Origin: a virus
Taxonomy: Duplodnaviria; Caudoviricetes
DNA length: 39,170 nt
Virus record (IMG/VR): IMGVR_UViG_3300030433_003259
Coordinates: 1 to 39,170 of that record
Strand: one strand, 5' to 3'
Positions within the stretch are counted from its first letter, which is position 1, and each line of letters opens with the position of its first letter. Below the pieces are notes generated by a model that was given only the letters and a program-made list of their open reading frames with translations, ran no database searches and was not told where the DNA came from. Both the position numbers and the translations under genes were made by a program. Shown here one piece after another: positions 9,198 through 18,032 of the stretch.

Positions 9198-10952
9198 TCA
9201 ACCCTGAAGTTTCTTTTGCTCCTCTTGTGGAGAACCTGCAATCATACCAAGATTTTCCCCGGTGACTTCCTGGATACCAGTGAGAACTTTCTTCTGAAGA
9301 TCATTAAGGAAGTCCATCTTACCTTGAGGACTTTCAATGAGTTTATTCAGGGGCAGATAACCTTCGGGAAGTGTGTTTCTCTGGTCAACAATCGAAGGTG
9401 CAGAGGCACGACGCATACTGTGCAGGTTACCGATAGAAATGCCAGTCTGTGCGGCAACCATTTCGTCCATTGCCTGATCAGCAAAACGACGTTCCCAATA
9501 AGCACCATCAGACTCAAGGAACTGCTCTCTGGTGACTGGTTTGCCACCATTCTGTTCCAGAAGCTTCTCAAGAATCTTATCCAAGTGCTCCATCTGATGC
9601 AGACGGTCACGAATTTCAAGTTCACAAGACTTCAGGTAATGAGTCAATGACAGTTCATCCAAATCAAACCAGCACAGTTTTTTAGATCCGCCACCTGGTC
9701 CACCCTCTTCCCAGAAGATTGGTTGACTACGATCCTTATCTGCCCACTTGAATTCAAACTCACGAACCTTCTGCTTCATCTCAATGAGTTTATACATATA
9801 ACCCTCTGCCATCTGACGACGAGACTTCAGAGTGTTCTCAAAAGCAACTGGAAGTGTATGAGTTTCAAGGAGTGCAAACTTTTCCAACTGGAAGTTAGTT
9901 CTACCTTGTGCAAGTTCCTTATCACTCTCCTCCCATCTCAGAACATTGGCAAATGCCTGCTGAAGATATTCGTCATCCATCACTGCCTGCTCAGAAGTGA
10001 CTGGAGTGTAAGACAGTGCAGTGTTTTTATTAGTCATGGGTTCTCCCTTTACAATTTTAGTAATCAGTTTTTTCCACTGTTGTGCAATTTTTTTCCAGTC
10101 ACACTTCTGTGAGATGTGATTGGAAAGAGATTTTGAGATTTGATTATAATATGTTCTGTCCCCTTCAAAATAATCTAGAGCAGTACAACAAACCTCGGCA
10201 AATGTATTTAGAAAGTTTTCGGTGACCTCATATTTTGTTGATGTTCGGGTTCCTTCCAGAGGAACAACCGAAGCAAAGTTATCACCGGCAACTTCAGATA
10301 GTGCTCCAATATTAGTAATGATTGGATAAGCACCAGACTTCATTGCTTCTGCCATTGATACACAGAATGTTTCTTCCCAAATGTTTGGATGAATGAAAAA
10401 AGCAGATTCTTGATAGGCAGAAACAAGTTCTTCTTGATCGACTGCGGCAGAGTATTCTACATTAGGAAGTTTCTTTAGATCCTCATACAATTCAAGATAA
10501 GGATCATTCAGAGGACCATATAGAGACATTGATGAAAAGATTTTAAACTTTGCATCAGGATGCTTCTGATGAATTCTCTGAATAATGGCAGGCATCAGTT
10601 CTAAACCTTTGTAAGGAATAGAAGTATGAATAAAAGTCTTTGTTTTGTTTTCAGAATAGGTGAAGATATCATTCACACCATTTGAAATTACAGTAATTTT
10701 ATCCTTAGGAACATTATGAAACTTAATTAGTTGTTCCTTTGCCCAATGAGATGGTGTCACAATGTGAGTTACCGTCTCATGATTGAAATTTAAAAATGCA
10801 GGTTGATCATAAGCATGATGTGCCCACAGAACTTTGTATGGTTTATTAGATTTTTTCAGTTCTTCCGGGAGATGAGAAACTTCTACCTCTTCCGGAAATT
10901 CATAATACTGTGAAAGATAATGAAATGAACTTTCAGTTGCTCCAGACTTCAT
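9198..10952 (-). CDS. GT4-family (GT-B) glycosyltransferase fused to a ~280 aa uncharacterised helical domain
   Basis: PYKGLE and HPNIWEETFCVSMAEAM (E-x7-E) motifs in the first ~305 aa. The remainder is charged and helical. Confidence 0.85.
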   Translation of the reverse strand: MKSGATESSFHYLSQYYEFPEEVEVSHLPEELKKSNKPYKVLWAHHAYDQPAFLNFNHETVTHIVTPSHWAKEQLIKFHNVPKDKITVISNGVNDIFTYSENKTKTFIHTSIPYKGLELMPAIIQRIHQKHPDAKFKIFSSMSLYGPLNDPYLELYEDLKKLPNVEYSAAVDQEELVSAYQESAFFIHPNIWEETFCVSMAEAMKSGAYPIITNIGALSEVAGDNFASVVPLEGTRTSTKYEVTENFLNTFAEVCCTALDYFEGDRTYYNQISKSLSNHISQKCDWKKIAQQWKKLITKIVKGEPMTNKNTALSYTPVTSEQAVMDDEYLQQAFANVLRWEESDKELAQGRTNFQLEKFALLETHTLPVAFENTLKSRRQMAEGYMYKLIEMKQKVREFEFKWADKDRSQPIFWEEGGPGGGSKKLCWFDLDELSLTHYLKSCELEIRDRLHQMEHLDKILEKLLEQNGGKPVTREQFLESDGAYWERRFADQAMDEMVAAQTGISIGNLHSMRRASAPSIVDQRNTLPEGYLPLNKLIESPQGKMDFLNDLQKKVLTGIQEVTGENLGMIAGSPQEEQKKLQG

Positions 10953-10954
10953 AA

Positions 10955-11608
10955 TTACTCAGCAAAAACGTGTGAACCAACGTGTTGTAGTTTGATTGTA
11001 GTATCTAGCCAGTGAGTATACCCCGTCATTCTAGCACGATAAAAGAAACTTTTATCTTCTGATGCAAAACTATCATCAATCTTTTCTTCTGCAAAGTAAT
11101 GATATGAGTTATTCATCTCTGCTTCTGTTGGTGGATAGTTACTATCCTTTGTTGATGGAACGTATTTAAGATATGGAAACTTCTGTGCAATATCAGTAAA
11201 GACATTACGATGAATCATCACAAATCCCATTCCATTTCCACCAACCTTGAGTAGATCACCCCTACGTTCCTCTGGTTGAAGAACATCAACACAATACCGA
11301 ATGGGTATTGTCTTCATAGGATATGTGCCAGAAACAATAGGTTCATTGTGACTCAATAATTTTAGCACATCTTCTGGATCAAATCCAATATCACTATCAA
11401 GGAAGAAGAGATATTCGTGATCTGTGTTGTTGATAAAAAAGTTTGCACACTTAGACCTTCCATGAGTAATCAAGGAAGAGTTTGCCTGAGTGAGAAGACC
11501 GTGTGGAATATTATTTCTTACTAAGAGTTTGCCCAGATTGAACAAACTCATTGTCGTCTTCTCATTCACAATTCCCCCGTGACAGGGGAGTGCAATCATT
11601 ATACTCAT
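10955..11608 (-). CDS. GT-A-fold glycosyltransferase-like protein
   Basis: IMIALP start, FFLDSDI (DxD), GMGFVMIHR, SED and C-terminal HVG motifs. Confidence 0.75.
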   Translation of the reverse strand: MSIMIALPCHGGIVNEKTTMSLFNLGKLLVRNNIPHGLLTQANSSLITHGRSKCANFFINNTDHEYLFFLDSDIGFDPEDVLKLLSHNEPIVSGTYPMKTIPIRYCVDVLQPEERRGDLLKVGGNGMGFVMIHRNVFTDIAQKFPYLKYVPSTKDSNYPPTEAEMNNSYHYFAEEKIDDSFASEDKSFFYRARMTGYTHWLDTTIKLQHVGSHVFAE

Positions 11609-11619
11609 ATCAAATAACA

Positions 11620-11642
11620 GTTTTGTTTATTATAGCATATTA
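11620..11642 (-). promoter_or_regulatory. conserved extended -10 element, copy 2 of 3
   Basis: TAATATGCTATAATAAACAAAAC, beginning at the stop codon of the 1640 aa gene. Confidence 0.7.
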
Positions 11643-14600
11643 TGTTGCTGCTTTTGGTGCAAGTCCGTCTTCTCCTGCCGACAATCCTTTAGTGACACAT
11701 CTTCCGGTAACACTAAATGGACCTTTATCTACAGTTGTTTGACTATCATTAGAATAATCAACACGAGTTATTGTTGATATAATAGGTCCAGGATTGCTAA
11801 GTCCACCACCAAAGTATCCAAAATTAGCATCACCTGTGGCTCCAACATGCCTAGCAGTGAAAGACAATGGACCTTTAGGTGTTGCCGTGGCAGTATCATT
11901 AGAATAGTCTACACGGTCCAATCGTGAACTATTAGAACTATATGCGGCTCCAAAATATCCAAAATTGGCATTACCAGTTGCCGAGAAATATCGTCCCCCA
12001 GCAGTTAATGGTCCCTTTGGAACAGCAGCAGCACTATCATTAGAATAATCAAGACGGTCTACTATTGTCTTGTTACTGGGACCACCTCCACCAAAATAAC
12101 CAAATGATTGATTACCTGTTGCCGCTAAAGCATATCTAGCAACACTTAATGGACCCTTCGGTGATTGTGACCCAGTATCATTAGAATAATCGAGACGACT
12201 CATTGATGAGAAAGTAGGACCCGGTTGTTGTCTACCACCACCTATATAACCAAAATCATCAGTAGAAGTTGCTTCAATTCCCCAAATGGCAGAGTCTAGT
12301 GGACCCTTCGATAACAAGGTGGCAGTGTCATTTGAATACTGAATACGATCTACTGATGATATTGGTGGAACAGGACCTCCACCAAGATAATAACCAAATG
12401 ATTGATTACCTGTTGATCCACCATATCTTCTACCAGCAGTCATGGGTCCTTTGGGTGATGCCGTTGCGGTATCGTTAGCATATTCAATACGATCCACCGT
12501 TGTAATAAGTGGACCAAAATTGTTAATTCCTCCAAGAAAATAACCAAATCTTTGTGCATTATATCCTTGAGTTGTGGTATTAGAAACGACTGATGGACCG
12601 ATTGGAACGAATCCGTTTGCTCTGGCACTTGCTGCGGCATGTGATGATCTAATAGAAGTTAATGATCCCTTAGGTGATGCTGTTGCAGTGTCGTTAGAGT
12701 AGTCTATACGATCTACTGTTGATGAATGATCAGGAGTTTCACCACCACCAAAGTATCCAAAGTCGGCATTACCTGTTGCCCCGGCTCCTCTTTTAGTAGC
12801 AGTTAATGGTCCTTTAGGTGACGCTGTAGCAGTATCGTTGGAGTAATCAATACGGTCTACTATCGATGTTAAACTAGGAGTAGCACCACCACCAAAGTAT
12901 CCGAAGTCGGCATTACCCGTTGCCCTCAAAGCATATCTAGCAACACTCAATGGTCCTTTTGTTACTGCATCTGTAGTATCATTGGAGTAATCCAAACGAT
13001 CCACCGTCGATACAACAGGATCACCACCACCAAAGTAACCGAAGTCCTGATTACCTGTGGCATCTAAGTTCTGACTAGCACGAGACATATTTGATTTTGC
13101 TAATGCTGTTGCGGCATCATTGGCAAAATCTATACGTTGTATTGTTGTTGGATTTGGGGTCCAACCACCACCAAAGTATCCGAAGTTGGCATTACCCGTT
13201 GCCCCTTGATTAAATCTATTATCAATTAATGGTCCTTTCGATAGTGCCGTTACCGTATCATTCAAATAATTGACACGATCTACGTTTGATATAAGATTCC
13301 ATGGTGATGGTCCACCAGACTCAAGTCTACCGCCACCAAAATAAGCAAATGAATCACTACTGACTCCTCCACCAACTGCTCCAGATCGAGTCAATTGTCC
13401 TTTTGATAATGCTGTTGCCGTATCATTGGAATAATCTATACGATCTATTGATGATAAGTATCCTGGTTCTCTACCACCAGCAAAGTAACCGAAGTGAGGA
13501 GTTGCATAAGTTCCTGCTGCATAATTTGCAATGGAAGGTGAAAACGGAGGATTAGCATTAGCCAAAGAACTTGATGCTGCACTATTCCTCAAAGAATAGC
13601 TCAAAGGACCTTTATCCACTGTTGTTGCAGTATCATTAGAATAATCAAGACGATCTAGTGCTGATAAATTTTCATTATTATTTCCTTCACCACCACCAAA
13701 ATAACCAAAAGAACTATCACCTGTTGCACATCCAAATCCTCTAGTTCGACTTAATGGACCCTTAGGTGATGCAGTTGCGGTATCATTAGAATAATCAATA
13801 CGATCTATAAGTGACACCCAGTTGTTACCACCAGGAACAACATTATATCCACCAGCAGCATAACCAAAGTCAGCATTTCCTGTGGATCCAGTTTTATCCC
13901 TTTGAACACTTAATGGTCCTTTTGCCACTGCTGCTGCAGTGTCATTAGAGTAATCAATGCGATCTATAGTTGATCTAATGTATACTGGTGCTGGATGATT
14001 ATAACCACCAATATTATATCCAAATGATTGATTGCCTGTTGATGATAAAGAATATCTAGCAAGACTCAATGGTCCTTTTGCCACTGCCGTTGCAGTATCA
14101 TTAGAGTAATCAATACGTTGTATTGTTGATATTGTGGGAGAAGTTCCTCCAGCATAGTATCCAAAGTTGACATTACCTGTTGCTGCCAATGCGTTTGTAC
14201 CATCACTTAATTGTCCCTTAAGTGATGCGGTTGCGGTATCATTAGAATAATCAATACGTTCTATTGAAGTTTTCCAATCACTCGTTGAAGGACTGTAGGG
14301 AGCACCACCACCATGATAACCAAAGTTAGAATTACCCGTTCCTGCATGACTATACCTTACATCGGTTAATGAACCTCTTGCCGGGACCGTTGTCGTATCA
14401 TTACTATAATCAATTCTGGCAACTGACGAATATTCGACAGTTGATGGGAATGATGGGGAATTAGCAGGTTGAAATCCACCACTAAAATACCCAGTATTAT
14501 ATCCAACTTGAGGTTGTGTGCGACTAAAAGGACCGAATGCTACTGGTACTTCTAAGTTACCAGGTCCTTTGAGTGGCATTGCATTTGCTCTAGAACTTGA

Positions 14601-16562
14601 TGCTGCTGGTCCTTCTCTGTGAGAAGTCAATGGTCCTTTGACTGATGCTGTTGCGGTGTCATTAGAATAATCTACACGATCTACTGTTGACTTTGAAGGA
14701 CCACCACCACCAAAGTAACCAAAAGAAGTATTACCTGTTGCTGCTAAAGCATATCTAACAGAACTCAATGGTCCTTTTGCTGGTGCTGTTCCGGTGTCAC
14801 TAGAGTAATCAATACGGTCTACTGTTGATGTATCTGGACTACCACCACCACCAAAGTAACCAAATGAAGAATTACCTGTTGCTGCTATGTAATTTCTAGA
14901 AGAACTTAATGGTCCTTTAGGTGATGCAGTGGCAGTATCATTACCATAATCAATACGCTCTACTGTTGATTTTCCAGGAGAATTACCACCACCAACATAA
15001 CCAAATGATTGGTTACCCGTTGCTTGCACACCATAACCTCTATCAGCATTCAATGGTCCTTTAGGTGATGCAGTGGCAGTATCATTAGAATAATCAATAC
15101 GATCTACTCTTGATGTTTCTGGTGGCATCCCTGCTCTTCTCCCACCAGCAAAATAACCAAAGTTGATATTACCTGTTGCTGCTAAAGAGTAACTAAGAAG
15201 AGATAATGGTCCTTTAGGTGATGCAGTGGCAGTATCATTACCATAATCAATACGATCTACTGTTGTCATTCCACCAGGAGTAGCATTATATCCACCACCA
15301 AAGTAACCAAAGGAAGCATTACCTGTTGCCGATAAATTTCTTCTACCAGTGTTCAACGGTCCTCTTGCTAATGCCGTTGCGGTATCATTGGAGTAATCAA
15401 CACGGTCTACACCTGATGAATCATCATTGGAAGAAGGAGTATCGCCACCAGCAAAGTAACCAAAGTCAGTTCCTTGTGGTGCTACATTTTCTCTTATTCT
15501 TGATGCTGGTAGAATAGCTACTGGTATTGGTGCACCAAGAGCATTATCAGTGTTTGATATCGCAAATCCATCTTTGATTCCAACAAGCATATTCCCTCTT
15601 GATGATGCCGTTGCAGTATCATTAGAATAATCAATACGATTTGTTGTTGTAAATATACCACCAGCTGGATTTGAACCACCATAATGATATCCAAAAGCAT
15701 CTGATCCAGATCCTGACCTCTGACTTCCCGTATAAGTTAAATTTCCTTTATAAGCTGCATTTAGTGTATCATTAGAGTAATCAATACGTTGAACTCTAGT
15801 TCCATAACTAGGAAATCCATCTCCTACATATCCAAAATTAGCATTTCCACCAGTGGTTGCCTTATAAGCACCTCCAGTCAGTGGTCCTCTTACTGATGCC
15901 GTTGCAGTATCATTGGAATAATCAACACGATCTACTTTTGTTGCTCCAGGAATTCCTCCCATAAACCAACCATAGTTCTGATTACCAACAGCTTTTACAC
16001 CAAATCTACCCAAACTCAATGGTCCTTTTGGTGATGCATCTGTAGTATCATTAGAAAAATCGATACGATCTACTATTGAGCTATATCCTGGCGAACTTCC
16101 ACCTCCAAACCAACCGTAAGAAGTATTACTTGCTCCGTCTAAACTTCTTCTCTCTTGTGTTAATGGTCCTTTAGTAGATGCGTTAGTATTATCATTAGCA
16201 TAATCAAGACGATAGACCGTAGTTATACGTGGATATCCACCACCACCAAAGTAACCATAATCAAAACTACTAACTGTTCCGGCACTTCTATAATCGTTTC
16301 TTTGAGCAAGTTGTGCTCTAGAGATAAAAGTTGCAGTATCATTTGCAATGTCCATACGTTGGACATTAGTATACCAAACAGTCGAAGGTGAAGAAGATGG
16401 GGAACTATAATGTCCACCTTCATACGAATAATGAGAACCTCGTGTTTTAAGAGGACTCGGAGTCAACCATACATCTCCTCTCGTAGACCAGTTTCCAGCA
16501 TTTTGCCTCTCTCTTACGTCAAGTAATGAAAATATTCCTCTTTTATTAGTATAATCTGCCAT
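11640..16562 (-). CDS. giant Kelch-like multi-beta-propeller protein (30 repeats, 5 predicted propellers)
   Basis: Same RIDYSNDT repeat in five blocks of six. Shares the N-terminal GxWSTRGDVW motif. Confidence 0.8.
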   Translation of the reverse strand: MADYTNKRGIFSLLDVRERQNAGNWSTRGDVWLTPSPLKTRGSHYSYEGGHYSSPSSSPSTVWYTNVQRMDIANDTATFISRAQLAQRNDYRSAGTVSSFDYGYFGGGGYPRITTVYRLDYANDNTNASTKGPLTQERRSLDGASNTSYGWFGGGSSPGYSSIVDRIDFSNDTTDASPKGPLSLGRFGVKAVGNQNYGWFMGGIPGATKVDRVDYSNDTATASVRGPLTGGAYKATTGGNANFGYVGDGFPSYGTRVQRIDYSNDTLNAAYKGNLTYTGSQRSGSGSDAFGYHYGGSNPAGGIFTTTNRIDYSNDTATASSRGNMLVGIKDGFAISNTDNALGAPIPVAILPASRIRENVAPQGTDFGYFAGGDTPSSNDDSSGVDRVDYSNDTATALARGPLNTGRRNLSATGNASFGYFGGGYNATPGGMTTVDRIDYGNDTATASPKGPLSLLSYSLAATGNINFGYFAGGRRAGMPPETSRVDRIDYSNDTATASPKGPLNADRGYGVQATGNQSFGYVGGGNSPGKSTVERIDYGNDTATASPKGPLSSSRNYIAATGNSSFGYFGGGGSPDTSTVDRIDYSSDTGTAPAKGPLSSVRYALAATGNTSFGYFGGGGPSKSTVDRVDYSNDTATASVKGPLTSHREGPAASSSRANAMPLKGPGNLEVPVAFGPFSRTQPQVGYNTGYFSGGFQPANSPSFPSTVEYSSVARIDYSNDTTTVPARGSLTDVRYSHAGTGNSNFGYHGGGAPYSPSTSDWKTSIERIDYSNDTATASLKGQLSDGTNALAATGNVNFGYYAGGTSPTISTIQRIDYSNDTATAVAKGPLSLARYSLSSTGNQSFGYNIGGYNHPAPVYIRSTIDRIDYSNDTAAAVAKGPLSVQRDKTGSTGNADFGYAAGGYNVVPGGNNWVSLIDRIDYSNDTATASPKGPLSRTRGFGCATGDSSFGYFGGGEGNNNENLSALDRLDYSNDTATTVDKGPLSYSLRNSAASSSLANANPPFSPSIANYAAGTYATPHFGYFAGGREPGYLSSIDRIDYSNDTATALSKGQLTRSGAVGGGVSSDSFAYFGGGRLESGGPSPWNLISNVDRVNYLNDTVTALSKGPLIDNRFNQGATGNANFGYFGGGWTPNPTTIQRIDFANDAATALAKSNMSRASQNLDATGNQDFGYFGGGDPVVSTVDRLDYSNDTTDAVTKGPLSVARYALRATGNADFGYFGGGATPSLTSIVDRIDYSNDTATASPKGPLTATKRGAGATGNADFGYFGGGETPDHSSTVDRIDYSNDTATASPKGSLTSIRSSHAAASARANGFVPIGPSVVSNTTTQGYNAQRFGYFLGGINNFGPLITTVDRIEYANDTATASPKGPMTAGRRYGGSTGNQSFGYYLGGGPVPPISSVDRIQYSNDTATLLSKGPLDSAIWGIEATSTDDFGYIGGGRQQPGPTFSSMSRLDYSNDTGSQSPKGPLSVARYALAATGNQSFGYFGGGGPSNKTIVDRLDYSNDSAAAVPKGPLTAGGRYFSATGNANFGYFGAAYSSNSSRLDRVDYSNDTATATPKGPLSFTARHVGATGDANFGYFGGGLSNPGPIISTITRVDYSNDSQTTVDKGPFSVTGRCVTKGLSAGEDGLAPKAAT

Positions 16563-17382
16563 TTTCTACCAAATAAGGGCTGTCTGGATACTTCCAGTAT
16601 TCCAGTTTCTTATACTTATTTAGAATGAAAGGAGACAATACATCTTCAGGTTTCTTTGATGTCTTCTTAACTTTGTTGCGAACATAATGCATATCTTTTA
16701 GGTTCCACTGGTCCTCACTTTCCCTATGGTTATTCTGCACATTATTAAAGTCGTGATGATAGTAATCAACCTCTAAGAAATCGTAAATTCTTCTCATCGT
16801 TTCTTCAGGAGTATTGACTAAATCATCATACTCAACCATCAACAAGTGCTTCTCATCATGACGAATGAATGCCTGAGATTGTGCCCATAGTGCCTGTTCT
16901 ACGATACCATCATTACCCATTAGATACTGACAACGATTGTCATCATCCACAGTAAATCCACCATCCATCAGTGCCTTATCAACAAAATTAAGTTCATCAG
17001 AATTACGATGAATCATTGTGATGAAAGAAGTCAATACTTCTACGACATCACGGACAGGGCAAATAATCTTGGGATTGGGAGTAATATAAGTTTTTATTCT
17101 TTCAATATTATTTGGCCATGCACGGCAGTGATCAATAATTATCTCCTCTTCTCTCTCATAATATTGATTCTCTATAAAACTACTGATGATCTTATGAGCA
17201 TTCTGTGGTTTTGGATATCCTAAGTATTGCTCTGATTGCTTGAAGTATTGCTCCGTATGATACATCAGTTCCATTACAGAACTCACAGGTTCTGTATGAA
17301 TGTTTGGGTTTTGGTCAATCAAACTTTTCAATAAGGTACTTCCGGATCGTGGAAGACCTGCCATAAAATGATATGTTTTCAT
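16546..17382 (-). CDS. PAPS-dependent sulfotransferase family protein
   Basis: 5'-PSB motif GLPRSGSTLL, 3'-PB motif VRDVVEVLTS, and YDDLVNTPEETMRRIYDFL motif. Confidence 0.88.
   Translation of the reverse strand: MKTYHFMAGLPRSGSTLLKSLIDQNPNIHTEPVSSVMELMYHTEQYFKQSEQYLGYPKPQNAHKIISSFIENQYYEREEEIIIDHCRAWPNNIERIKTYITPNPKIICPVRDVVEVLTSFITMIHRNSDELNFVDKALMDGGFTVDDDNRCQYLMGNDGIVEQALWAQSQAFIRHDEKHLLMVEYDDLVNTPEETMRRIYDFLEVDYYHHDFNNVQNNHRESEDQWNLKDMHYVRNKVKKTSKKPEDVLSPFILNKYKKLEYWKYPDSPYLVENGRLY
16617..16624 (-). promoter_or_regulatory. late-promoter-like motif upstream of the 1640 aa gene
   Basis: TCTAAATA 55 bp upstream of the ATG, embedded in the sulfotransferase CDS. Confidence 0.4.
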
Positions 17383-18000
17383 TCACCACTCCTTCACTGG
17401 ATTAAAAAAGAACAACTGAACCATACGACCATTCTCTAGTGTATCACCAAAATTATAATTATGCGAGTGCCACAGATGAGTTCTGAATAATACCAGACGA
17501 TTATACTTCATCGGACACAAAAAGTATCGTGTCCATTTATCTCTATCCAGACCATCACCATATACAGTAGTCCACCAACATTCCTTGTATGTTGGCCATC
17601 CATGATGCTGTGCCTCAAAATCAGTCTTGGGAATATTTTCTATCTTCAAACTATTGTGTCTCCAGAATGATGTACCACCTTCATCCACACAATCTTTTGG
17701 GTCAGACATATAAATCACGGCACCCCATTCCCATGATGGATCCACATGAACATCTTGTTTGTAAGAATCTTTTTCCAATGAAATACGAAAGTATCCGTTC
17801 TTATCGGCAGGGATCAATGGTTCCTTGGCAAGATCTTCAAACTTCTTATGAATTTCTTCAGAATAATAAGCACCCTCCGAATTTCTTCCAGGATATGTAT
17901 AATCCTCACCGGGATCAGGAAACTCTGCATTCAGTGCAAAGTTTCTGACATCTTCCGGGTTATTATAAAAATCATCGACAACAATAATATTCTGTCTCAT
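17383..18000 (-). CDS. 2OG-Fe(II) oxygenase-fold protein (DUF6445-like)
   Basis: IIVVDDFY, YPGR, HVD (HxD), GGTSFW, YNRLVLF, distal H in LWHSH, and R in GRMVQLFFF. Confidence 0.8.
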   Translation of the reverse strand: MRQNIIVVDDFYNNPEDVRNFALNAEFPDPGEDYTYPGRNSEGAYYSEEIHKKFEDLAKEPLIPADKNGYFRISLEKDSYKQDVHVDPSWEWGAVIYMSDPKDCVDEGGTSFWRHNSLKIENIPKTDFEAQHHGWPTYKECWWTTVYGDGLDRDKWTRYFLCPMKYNRLVLFRTHLWHSHNYNFGDTLENGRMVQLFFFNPVKEW

Positions 18001-18009
18001 ACAATCACT

Positions 18010-18032
18010 GTTTTGTTTATTATATCATATTA
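18010..18032 (-). promoter_or_regulatory. conserved extended -10 element, copy 1 of 3
   Basis: TAATATGATATAATAAACAAAAC, beginning at the stop codon of the 1626 aa gene. Confidence 0.7.
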
